Of a DNA stretch of 64,000 nt, positions 51,046 to 63,300 are shown one piece after another. A program made the translations under genes and the position numbers. Each line of letters begins with the position of its first letter. Position 1 is the first letter of the stretch. This DNA is from Tubiluchus corallicola (lineage: Eukaryota; Animalia; Priapulida): assembly GCA_030141605.1 (NCBI GenBank), contig JAQGDQ010000094.1, forward strand, positions 590,429 through 654,428, given 5' to 3'. The notes beneath the pieces were generated by a model that saw only the letters and a list, made by a program, of their open reading frames with translations, did no database searches and had not been told where the DNA came from.

Positions 51046-52800
51046 AAGCTTCGAGCTTGTCAACTTGCTGCTATAGCTTGACAAAACGCATCTAACTATG
51101 GTGCAAATTCTGCAAATTAAACAATATATGTCACTTTAATATTAACCGAGCAACAAAACGAAGAAAAATGAGATTTTTCTAAGCCCAGGGACAGATTGTA
51201 TATTTTTATCCACTCATATAAGAATGTGTAGGTTTTTTACCTACTCATTTTGCTAATTTGAAATTTGAACCTAATATTCAGACGCATAAGCTTTAGCCAA
51301 ACAAAGACAGCAGAGTTTTATGTTGTGTGTTGTTTTTTATATAAAAATTTATTTCTTTTTTTGAATAATTCAGAAGGACCGAATTTTAGGGTTAAATTAA
51401 AATATCAGTAGGTGGACTACTCTTACCCTGACTGGTATCAAATTGGTATATGGCTAGTGTTTTAAGTAAACTGCATTCTTATTTTTTTTTTATAAAATTC
51501 CATGCATTGCAAGCCAAAATCCAACTTTTAAAAGCAGGTTCATTGTTTTTATGGCGAGAATCACAGCTCAATTCATTACCTGTACTTTTGATAACATTTA
51601 AATTACACTTAATCAAACTACGGTTCTCTTGTTTAAGAATAATCTGAGGATGCGTTCGAAAGCTTTTACATGGAAATTGAGAAACAAGAAGCGAGTTGCT
51701 GTTTTAACTTGCCTATATTCTTGCCTCTACTGAATTGTTATTACCACTTTAGAACTTTAAAAATTTATAGTTTTCAGAATGTTTAGTGTATGTAAAATGA
51801 ATGTATGTATGTATGAATTATTTACGTAAGCCTTCCTTTTACTTATTTGAACTGAATCGAAACTAAAATTTGTAGTGATTTAAAACTTCTTGATTTGATA
51901 GCAAATATCGTATTATGACTATTAGCAGAACGCAGTAGAAATAGCTCGTTTCTATCAGCTCCGGTATCTAAAGTCAAATTAACAATGTTCATATTGTTAG
52001 TGCTACTAATCTTTATTAACACTTATGTTTATTATAATTACATATTTCTTTAGAGAACACGTCTTTGTGCGTTGTGATGTGCACATAACAAATAAAAGTC
52101 CGTTTCTGTATTTGTGGCAGTAGCTGCATTATTGTATTTTGAGTGTGCAGTGGCGATAATGGCATCTCTGTCGAGCAATGCCGAAACGTGCCGATTTATG
52201 ACTAATCAAGTGAATAAGTCTTTAAAATTACGTCTTCATTGGCTTTTAAGCTAACATTAAGCTTTCCAAATCTAAATCACCCATTATTAGAGTCCCTGTA
52301 TATTTAAATATATAGTTGTAAATATATAGTAATTCTATCCATTATTACAGTATGCTGCTATCTTCTGGTGGGAAAAACGCAAAAACAAGACAGGCTAGGG
52401 GATGAAAATAACAGATGACAGAATGAGAATGGCCATTTCGTTTTTGTTGTAAACCGTGACATTTACAAGATTGACATGCTCAAACAAATATGATCACGCA
52501 TAGGCAAATCACATTTATTACATTAAAACGTGCCTGTAATTGTTTGCGATGAATAAACGGTAGCTCGCGTGGATGTCATTGACAATTTAGCTTAATGTTG
52601 GTGTTGGAAATACTTGATTGCTCCTTCTTTCTGGCTAAAGCTGTGAGTTAAACTAAACGTTGTGTCTTCTAATTAATACCGCAGGAACTCATACGACTTA
52701 GACAACTTCATTTGTAGCTACCGAAAAAGTTATCTAGACGTGTTTAGTCATCTTGCTTCGCTAGAAGTGACCTGTTGGTGACACAGTTTTTAAATCCAAA

Positions 52801-53901
52801 ATGAAAGCACATCATAACACATGGACCATCGGACTGACTGGTTCACTTAAAGTCACGAAGGAGCACGTTAAAACACTATCTCCTAGAAAACTCAATACAG
52901 GTTCCCATAATGATTCCAACTGCCAATTTTACCAGAAATTACGTCCACTATTGATTTTTGCCACAATTTTTGGCTTGTTTCACATGCCTAACAGAAAGAC
53001 GCAGAAACGGTTTGGGTTGGTGGTATTGTCCTACAGTACCATGTGGTCTTTGACTATTCAGATTTTCGTCACAGTTCCAACTATATGGTCCCTTATGCGT
53101 GATACCAGTAAAATTGATCTCACAGCAGCAGAAGGAATTGCCCGGTTATTTGTCATGTTTATGGAAGTAACACTCACATGTATAAGATGGTTGGTATTCT
53201 TTGCTGGATTTAAACTGGTAGATGTCTTAGCAGAATGCAGAGAAGTCAGCAAAATTCAATATCCAAATATGCTGGTTACAGTCATCTCTGGGAAACAGAA
53301 GTACTTGGAGAAAGGAATATCATGGATATTTGCCACGTTAGGAGGGATCATAATTGTCTTTTCGATTATTACAGAATCTCACACTTTGTGGAAGCGGTTT
53401 AAAAGCGGAGAAGAAGAAATTTCATTTCTGCCGATTCTGATTATGTATTTGGTTTCTGACAAGCTGCTGTTGGCAACTGTGATGTTTCCTGCTTATATTA
53501 TAACTTGCTTTTCCTACGTGCTAATATCCCATCAAAGATCATTTCAGAAAACAGAAGAAAATCTTTCAGCTGAAGAAGTCATGTTGTTTTTGAAAAGACA
53601 TTCAAAGTACATTCGCGTTGTCAAGGTCATAGACAACGCTATATCTTCTACACTGCTGATGATCTGTCTGGCAAGTTTTATGGTAGTTGTAGTACAAATT
53701 TATCTTTTCAGTCACAATTTCTATGCTAACATTTCCCACGGATATCTGCAACAATATTTGTATGTCTACTCTACCATGCAGTCTGTGTCATTTCTGCTGA
53801 TTCTTGTTAGCTGTACAGCAGTACATGAAAGCGTTATGGAGGCTGAAAATAAGTTACATGCGTTGAACAAAGAGAGCCTGGGGGAGACAGCACGTTATGA
53901 G
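52801..53901 (+). CDS. Grl: Gustatory receptor-like variable exon V4 (second subfamily)
   Basis: FYQKLRPLLIFATIFGLFH...GETARYE|GTAAAT, phase 0, 367 codons. No downstream constant exon was found in the window. Confidence 0.85.
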
Positions 53902-54699
53902 GTAAATTTATTGTATTGCATTTGTCTATCAGCAATATTTCACTAATTTCTGTTTTAAATCACTCATGTTTTGTGTGTAGGTTTGTATGTATTTATATAT
54001 TCTCTCCATTATCTATCGTAGTTTTTCGTACTTAGTATTTCTTTGTGTTGTCTTACAAAGAGATGATCTTGCTTACATGATTGCCTCCTGTTCTGAAAGT
54101 AGGGTGGGAGTTTAGCAGCCAAAACCTGAAATTGCTCAAAATATGGATTCCTCCATGGTGACCTTATTTTTGTGTTGGTTTTAGTATTGTTTTTTGTTGA
54201 ATTCTTTTATTCAGATAATAATGCAACACAGCTATCTTGTTGACTTTCATCATTTACACGAAATTTGATGATTATAATCAATTCCAAGCGATAAAGCGGC
54301 TAATGTGGAATTGTACTGTCTAGACATCCTATACCGCAGATCTTCTATTAATTAAATCAAAGCTGATTAAGATTAAATTATTTTTCATTATTGGTCTGCA
54401 GGGTGTAATTAGATTTCACGAAATCTGATCTTGATAAAATCTTTCCGAAATTTTAGTAACTCAGTAAACCGACTCACGTTCTAACTCCTTATTTTAACAG
54501 CTGCAAGAAAACAACAGAAAATAAACACTAGAGGCATTTACCTTTACCAACCCAACTATGAGAAAAATCGCGAATTTCGGATAGTATCTGCTACATAGGC
54601 CCCTGGGTCTATTTGCTCTTAAACCCAAAACATTGAGATCGAATGTTGTACAAGCCAACCGAGGCTATACAACCATAAGTCGTGCTTTAATATGGTGTG

Positions 54700-54785
54700 C
54701 GGTAAAACCGCACAAGTAAAAATGACACAAGAAAAAAACATGGTAAAAGTGGCACAGGAAAAATGGCACAAATGGAAATCGCACA
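54700..54785. repeat. Degenerate 14-15 bp tandem repeat (GGTAAAAATGGCACA-like)
   Basis: ggtaaaaccgcaca / agtaaaaatgacaca / ggtaaaagtggcaca / ggaaaaatggcaca / ggaaatcgcaca. Confidence 0.7.
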
Positions 54786-55919
54786 ATTGAAAATGGCATA
54801 TATGTTATTTTGATGCAATTAATTTCTATAAAAAAAACTAGAATGCGCCCAGTAGGAAGCAAATCTCTGCCAAAGGCGAACAATCCTAAACTTATTCGTC
54901 TGATTCCTTTGATTAAAAAAATTTACCCCAAAGATAAACCAAGCAAACATACAAAAATACACCTGTATTGGTATTATATAGACTAGACTCACAAAATATT
55001 TGTTCATTAAACAGATTTATAATCAATAATGCACGAATGTCCCACATACAATTTGAACTAGCCTTCTACACGTATTTTTTCTTCCTTATTGTTTCTTTTT
55101 ATGCATTTTGAATCATGTATTGGTAGTATTGCTGCTGGCACTGCTACCTCTTGTGCTCCAAAAATGTTATAGTCCCAAGTTATTTTTAGTATGCTTTATG
55201 ACTGCCATATAATAATCGTTTTGTTACTTTGTTGTAACACGACAATTAGACTAATACTTTGAGTGACAGATATGAAATTAAATGTGTTGTAGCACAAAGG
55301 GTCAGCAAACAAGAACGTTATCAGCAAATTGGCAAATAACCCGATAGCATGCAGGACAACTTATTGTAACTACAAAGGACAATTATGCTGTGGTGTCTGT
55401 TTGTAGCAGTTGTTTTGAATTGCGATTGTGTTTTGCAACAATATACGATGATGTAAAATAGCCTGTCTCATCAAAAACGCGATAAAGCATTTCTAAAACT
55501 CAATGTAATGAAACAAGAAGTCAAGTTATAATTATTTTGTGCGGACTTCAAGGTTTCCATTGTGATTTGGCCAGTTTAAAAGAAACACCTACCTAATCAG
55601 TCAGAGACGATCATTGGCAAAATTTAGCAATTATTAAAAAGCTTGCTTGCCACTGTCCAGCTTAAGTAAGTTTATGTGTTGACTGTCCTACATTATGTGG
55701 TTCTGTGACACTTGACATTTCTGTTGTTCCATTTAACAAATTGAGCCATAAAAACTGCAGTCTTTTAATCCCGGTCATATTACCAACACCAATTGTATAA
55801 GTACCAAATTTATTGGCAAATAAGCCAATTAAGGAAGCACATAGATTTCTAATATGAACGTGTCTTACTAGTAGCCAAATATAGATCAAGCTCCATTTTG
55901 TCGTCTGAAGATAAGTAAA

Positions 55920-57047
55920 ATGGAGAAGTCTCGTGATGCAAGGTCCGTTGACTTGGACAATAATCCTAAACATCTAAAGCAAGAAGAGGAGATAAACACT
56001 GAGTCACCTCCCACAAGTGGCAATAACTTCAATGTTATTTTTGAAACTGGTTTGTATCAGCAACTAAGGCCACTGTTGACAAGCGCAATGTTTTTTGGTC
56101 TCTTTCATATTCCTAACTGCAGAAAGAAAAATGCACTATTTGGACTTGTATTGTTGTGCTCTCGTAGCACCATTTGGTCATTAATTAATCTGATCTTTGT
56201 CACTTCAACAACTGTGCTCTTGTTTCTGATTGATTATGAGGATATTGAGACAGTGATACTCACAACGCCAACAGGAATTGCAAAAATGTTTGTCATTTTA
56301 ATGCAGGCAACATTATCTTTGATAAGATGGCTGATCTTCTTTGCTGGTCTCAGAATGGCACACATTATGGAAAAATCATATGAGGTTCAAGAAGCAGAAA
56401 AAATCTATTCTTCTCTTATTCCTACAAAAAAGAACAAGAAGAAAAATTTCGAGAAAAGAATGGTATGGAGCCTGACTGTATTTGGATGGATTGTTATTTT
56501 TTACTCGTCTGTCAAGGAAGTTTTTGTTTTCTGTGAGATATTTGTGGAAGATCTGGAAAAGGGAGCCATTTTTGACATTGTGGCGATAATCATACTTTTC
56601 CTGTATGACAAATTTCTGTTGGCAACCGTCATGTTTCCCGCATTTACCATAACGAGTTTATCTTTTATATTAAAGACTAATCAAAATTTGGCACTGAAAA
56701 TGGAAAATCTCTCAGATGAAGAGATTATGTTATTTTTGAAAAGGCAAACGAAGTATGTTCATCTGGTCAAGGCCATAGACAACGTCATATCTCCGACATT
56801 GTTGATGATCTGTCTGGCAAGTTTTATGGTAGTTGTGGTACAAATTTATCTTTTCAGTCACAATTTCTATTCTGGCATTCCCCCAGGTCATCTGCAGCAA
56901 TATTTGTATGTCTACTCTACCATGCAGTCTGTATCATTTCTGATGATTCTGGTTAGCTGTACAGCAGTACATGAAAGCGTTATGGAGGCTGAAACAAAGT
57001 TACATGAGTTGAATAAAGAAAGTCTGGGGGACACAGTACGTTATGAA
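55920..57047 (+). CDS. Grl: Gustatory receptor-like variable exon V5 (second subfamily)
   Basis: LYQQLRPLLTSAMFFGLFH...GDTVRYE|GTAAGT (consensus donor), phase 0, 376 codons. Confidence 0.85.
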
Positions 57048-57499
57048 GTAAGTTTTTATCATTACCTTGCTGAAGACATTTATAAATGTCCCTCTTGTTT
57101 ACAAGTATGAAGACGATAGTCTAAATGGTAGATTATCTTAAAGAAACGGCCCCAAATGATGGTAATCGTGAACAGAAAGATGTTTTCTTAAAAATGTTTA
57201 TTTATTTTTCACATTATGCGTGCAATCCAACAGTAACAAAACAAAATTCATGCTTGTGAAGCAGCAGTGAGCTAAGGTAATTACGAAAATGTATGAAGAA
57301 ATATCAAGATTAGCAAAGAAAATAAGCAAACAGATTGATTAAACTGTCATATTCCAAATTACTCAAAACAAGCGTTCTAGAGTTATCGAAAGTCAGCACC
57401 AACGAGGTGCATCAGTGGCTTTGTATGAAATGCACAATAGTTAAATGTTTAGAAATTTTGATAGTGTACCACGTGAACACCCAGAATCTCCCATTCTCC

Positions 57500-57770
57500 C
57501 AGGAAGCTTTAAAAATTCCCCCACGTACATCAGTTTTGGACCACATAAGCAACGCTATACAGCAACTAAATAATAATAACTTCAGCATAGACGTGTTACG
57601 TGATGACACCAGCAAAGGTGTTGATATATATTTTTGAGCTGATCGTTTTGCCCAACTGCTACAATGTGTTAAATTGTTAGGGTACTCTAAACTTGCTGAA
57701 CTATCTTCGTGTGACATCTTCAGCTCAGGTACCCTCAGCGAGTACTTCGTGACCGTGTTCAATACTCTCT
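57500..57770 (+). mobile_element. Possible highly decayed LINE RT fragment
   Basis: DHISNAIQQLNNNNFSIDVLRDDTSKGVD weakly echoes the ..LDxxxxxxxVFLDLSKAFD motif, and a GVPQGS-like trace lies near 57728. Confidence 0.3.
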
Positions 57771-58336
57771 CTTGGAGGTTTCATTTAGTATACTATTTTA
57801 AGCTGCCTACTTTGCTGGTTGAGGATAGTTCACCTCTGCCAGCTTAGTGACTTATCTCTGAGAGTTAACATTGAAATAAATTAGGCTCTGGTCTCTTACC
57901 ACAAATATAACAACGAATAGGCCCTGATCTATTCGATGTTTATTCGTTTTCCTACAAAGAGAATCATCTATAAAGCAGCTTATCCAAAGATTTTCTGAAC
58001 TTATTACGCGATAGTATGCCAGCTGACCACCCATCGGTGGACAAGTTAAATAAGATACTGTTATTGTTTCGCCTAGCTAAGATGCTTACAATGACAAGCA
58101 AGAGAGAATATGGTCTTACGTATTTACAGAAATATGATGATAAAGGCTTGAAATCTTAAATTACCCAACTATATTTGCCTGTTAGTCTTAATAATGTGCA
58201 CTTGTGTTAATAGAGTTTGGCAACTAAAAGTTTAGCTTTATCGACCATCAGAAAGTTTTGAAATTAACATATGGGGCTAGTAATTCAATTACTTTACTCA
58301 TGTAAGGTAATCTTATAGCATTGTAAAATGGACATG

Positions 58337-58790
58337 TTAATAAATAAAACAACTCATCTCTACTTTCTTAAAACTACTGATTAAAGATTTGTTTCTAGTA
58401 TCAATGGAAAGCTTATTGCATTCATTTATATAAGACAGGAAGAAACTTGATTGAAAGTAGTTAGAATTGCAAGACATTAACGACAAATTTTCACTATTAT
58501 GCAAATTATAATAAGTTCTATCATAAACATGTAGCACAAGTAGAGAAGTAAGGTAACACGGAGAAGCTCCTTTAACTATTTTATAAAATAAAAGCATTTT
58601 ATGAATGTATCTTTTGTGTGACATGTTTTCCCAAGAAAGATCTTTCAGCAATTTCTCACCGTATGTAACAAAAACAGCCCCTGTCACTACTAACGAAGCA
58701 TGGTACTGAATTTGCTCAACAACTAGAACACTTGCTTCTGAACAATATTTTAGCAATCACAGTATTCAAATGAGAGGATGAGGAAAAATA
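58337..58790 (-). mobile_element. CR1/L2-group LINE ORF2 C-terminal remnant
   Basis: EQIQYHASLVVTGA...LSWENMSHKRYIHKMLLFYKIVKGASPCYL...YNLHN...SFF...SLISSFKK is a typical post-RT region. Confidence 0.8.
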
Positions 58791-59920
58791 ACTATAATAT
58801 AATATGTTGGGATTTAACGCTGGATATCAGCTCTGAAAAGAAGTCGAGTTAATTACTCTTAGGCGCAGTTTGCAGTTGCACTCAAAGGGATAGACGGCAG
58901 CACATGTCCATTGAGTAAATGAAGCCAGTATTAAGGAATCAGAATCAGAATCAGTGTAAGTTAAGGAAGAATCAGAATCAGTATTAAGTTAAGGGGCGAG
59001 GTCGACTTGTGCGAGCATCAAGTGAAAAATAGTCAAGTTAAAGTCGACCAATACTTTGGTGCTGTCAAGGCACTGAGTCAGTAGGAGAATAAAGAAGTGA
59101 AGTGCGAAAGAATAAAGTATTCAAATATTGGGTGTACCCAAAAACGATGTTGTCACTTCCTGTATCGCCTACTTTCTTCTAGAATTTTGCAGTATAATTT
59201 TGGCGGACAGAAAAGTTAATAATCTGTGCAGAGGATTGTTAATAATCGGTTTTAGTGGTTTTACGTAGTGCGCTCTTCAGTGAAAAACTGTATCATTTAA
59301 ATTTGCTAATCCATGGTTAAAACCTAAGTAACAAATTGTCAATTATTCTTTTTCGAAAATTAAAGACATCGCATCCTTGAATTTTTTTAAATATGTATTC
59401 GATTCAAGATTTTCGTATTTAAGTTTGTGTAAATTTGTTTTTTATAATTATTATTTCTATAGTTACTCAATTGGACCCAAATACCTGCTAGACCCCAAAG
59501 TCATTCAGTACGATTCCGGCTCCTAAACGCAACCATACGAATGGCAAGACTATAATTGTTTGATTGGCCAGATATTAGTAACCGTGTCATTCTGGTATCG
59601 TTCACGTTGCTAGTAAAACAGCAAAGAAGCGAAATTAATAATAATAATAATAAAAAAATAAAAAATAAAATAATTATTATAATTATAATAATAATAATAG
59701 TAACCTTTATTTAAAGTCAGCATTAAATTCAAAAGACAACACAAGTCTGCCACGACGCTTTTGTGGTTTCTATCTCTAATGACCAGTGTTGAAATGCTCA
59801 AATCTTTCTGTGCAAAATCTAAATATGCTAACGTTTGTCCGCCTGCTGTCCTTTCTGGCTGGTTCTATCGTTTGCTGAAGACCTTTAATGAATTAGTTTC
59901 AGGTAGTCAAAGCATATGAC

Positions 59921-60300
59921 CATAGTACCTGGAATATTAATGGTGCATTTTATAGAGTTGGGAATAACACTGTCTCAAAATTTAATGAAGATGGCTTTGT
60001 GGCCTATTTGCCAGTGACATTATTTGTCTAATTGAAGCACATTCTAATTCTAGTCCACAGATTATGCTTAAAATCTATACATGTGTACAAAATTGTCATC
60101 CCAATTCAGATAAGCGCCATTTTGGAGATTGTTCTAGTGAAGAATTCAATTCGCCGCGGTGCAAAATCCATTGACAGTAAATGTTCCGAATATATTTCGT
60201 TAAAATGTTAAAAGATTTCTTTGATCTTGAAAGAGATGTGTATATCAGTGCAACATATGGTATCACCAAGGGATGCGTCTTTTAATTTGCGAAATAATTT
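59921..60300 (+). mobile_element. Decayed APE-endonuclease fragment of an RTE-X-like LINE
   Basis: Across frameshifts the plus strand reads TWNING...DIICLIEAH...VKMLKDFFDLERDVYISATY, i.e. endonuclease N-terminal motifs in the expected order. Confidence 0.6.
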
Positions 60301-60368
60301 GGATGTTTTTACTTTATTAAAAAATGATATTATTAAATTTAGAATGCAAGATGAACCTGATTTCATTT

Positions 60369-63300
60369 TATATATATATATATATATATAATAATCTTTA
60401 TTTGCCATTAAAAACATTGATAATCACTGATAAAAACTTTATAGAGATAATCAATCAGTGTTAGTTAATAAAAACTTACACTGCTGAAGGCAAATGCGTC
60501 AGTGCAATCTAAACTACTGTGCAGTAATGACGAATAAAAGCAAACATATTTACAACTATACACAAAAAAATATAAAAAAAACTATGATTTAATTAATATG
60601 GCCGTGGGTATATGAATTCGGAATTAGTGTGTATGTTGTCGTACTGGTGTGATGGTATTTCATATCTGGTTAATATTAGTGATTTTAATTTTGTTTTAAA
60701 TGCTGATAGGGACTTGATTTGTTTAACCTGTAATGGTAGAGAATTCCAAAGTAAAATTGCTTGTTTGATTACAGAGTTCGTTCCATAGTGGGTATTTGTC
60801 CTAATTTGTTTTAGATTGCTTGTTCTGGAATTAACGATAGGATTTGGAAAAAAGATAAATCTGTTATTCTGGAATGGTTTGCTGATGTTGTTAATATATT
60901 TATATATAAAAAGCAGAGTAAAATATTCTTTGTGTGCTTCAATGATTGGGAATTTTAAAGTTTTTCTCAGGTTAGTTGTTGAAGCTTTGAATTTTTGTCT
61001 ACTTGCCTTGTGTTTGTATGAGTACCCAGCTATCAATCTCAACGCATAGTTTTGAAGGAGATTTAATTTTAAGTAATTTTCTCTTTTGGTTTTTTGAAGT
61101 AGCGTACATCCATATAAGAAGTGTGGTAGAACTAAAGTTTTATATATTAGTGTTTTAGTTTCCTTTGTTAGTTGCCCTTTAACTTGTCGGAGATATGATG
61201 TGCTAGATGCCATTTTTGTGTATATGTTATTAAAGTGATCATCCCATGAAAGATTATTGTCTACTTGTATGCCCAGGAATTTAACATTGTTAGTTTTTTT
61301 TGATTACAGCATTATCTATTGTCAAAGTGGTTGATGATGCATCATTAGTATTTAATGAGGGTGACAGTATCATGAATTCTGTTTTGTCATTATTCATTTT
61401 TAGCTTGTAATGACTAAATGCCATATTTATATTTTTTATATCTTCTTCTAAATAATTTTTTGCAGTTTGGACATTTTCATGGGCTATGTAGATTGTAGTG
61501 TCATCAGCGTATTGCGTTATTTGTGAGTGTTTTAATACACTGGATATGTTGTTTATATATAGGCAAAATAATAACGGACCTAGTAGTGTTCCTTGCGGTA
61601 TACCTCTGTTTAACGTGGCCCAGTCAGAAAAGTTGGTTGTATCTAACTTTACTCGTTGTTGTCTATCTTTGAGATAATTTTGTATCAGTTTTAACGATAT
61701 CGAATCTAATCCGATTTGTTTTAAATTATCGTAAAGTAGTTCGTGATTAATGCTATCGAAAGCTTTACTTAAATCCAAAAATGCTGCTAAAATGTATTGC
61801 TTGTTGTCTAAACTATGTCTCCAATTTTCTGTTGTGTGTATTAGGGCGTCAATGGTTGAATGATGTTTACGGAAGCCAAACTGATGTTTTGATAAAAGTT
61901 CATGTTTATTTACATATGAATTTATCTGATCATAAATTACCCTTTCCCAAACTTTGCCGAAACAATGGATTACGGAAATTGGGCGATAATTCATGGGATC
62001 ACATTTTGGATCTTTTTTATGGATTGGAGTCACATTTGCCATTTTACATACCGTTGGAAATTTGCCTCTCATAATTATCTGATTAGCAATGTAAGTCATA
62101 TGCGGGGCTATTACAGATGCGCTATCTTTTAGAATTTTGATAGGAATATCTGATGGTCCACTCCCTTTGTTGGAACTTAGGTTATTTAATATGTCGTTAA
62201 TTTCTCCTACTGTGACGCTTTTGAATGAGAATACTGTGTTAGACGATTTGTTTTTTAATTTATTAATTATATTATTGCTAATATGAGAAGCCACTCCCTT
62301 AAAATTTCCAAGATTCAGGAATATTGCATTTAACGCGTTGGCAATATCTTTGGGTTTTGTAATAACAGTGTTGTTGATCTTAATTTCGTCAACACGCGTT
62401 AGTTTGTTACGGCATTTATTTATTACATTGTTAATAATTTTCCATTTTTCTTTGGTATTTGTTGCGTTTTTACATTGTTGTTGTATATGTTTATTTTTCA
62501 AGCATTTATTAAGATTATTAAATTGATTTCTCTTTTTTTTATAATTGTTATGATTGTTTTTAGTTTTGTTCTTTTCCCATATATTATACATTCTGTTTTT
62601 CGCTATTCTTAGTTTGCCAAGTTCAGGTGTTGTCCAGGTACTTTCGTTATTGAGTTTGCTTTGTTGTGGGATTTGCTTTACGTTTTTATATGGTGCATGT
62701 ACATTAAGGCAATATTCGACATTATATGTCAGAATATTAACTTGTGTATCTATTTTATCAGTCATATATATGGAGGTCCAGTTCATTTTTGCTAAGTCGA
62801 TTAAGTATGAATGTTTGTTGTATTGGGCGTAGTCTCTCATTAAATGCCAGACTGAATTTTGGTTATTATTATGCTGTGGGGTCATTTATCTACTAATATT
62901 GTGAAATGATGATCTGAATAATCACACGGGAAAGTATCATATGCTACGAAATTATTGTTACTATTCGAAATGAAATGGTCGATTACTGTAGCTGATGTTT
63001 TAGAAATTCGAGTAGGTTTATTGTTGTTAAGTATGTGGACATTATATTGTTTTAAAAGCTCTGTGTATGTTTTGTATGCCAGTGTGTTTGTAGCTAAAAT
63101 ATCAAGGTTGAAATCGCCCATTATAAGAACTTTTTTATTTTCGAAAACACTGCGTTCTAGTTCTTCACTAAAGTATTTGAAAAATGTTTTGTGTTTGAGA
63201 TTGGGTGGTCTATATATGGTTCCTATTACATAGTTCTCAATGCTGCACCAAACAGATTCAATCTTGCCGGTTCTGATGCCTTTCATTTCTTGTGGTCTCA

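Noticed and set aside
62882-62885. ATGA stop-start overlap suggesting translational coupling of EN and RT
   Set aside because: EN and RT form one ORF in this LINE group; a single-base deletion in an A run explains it more simply.
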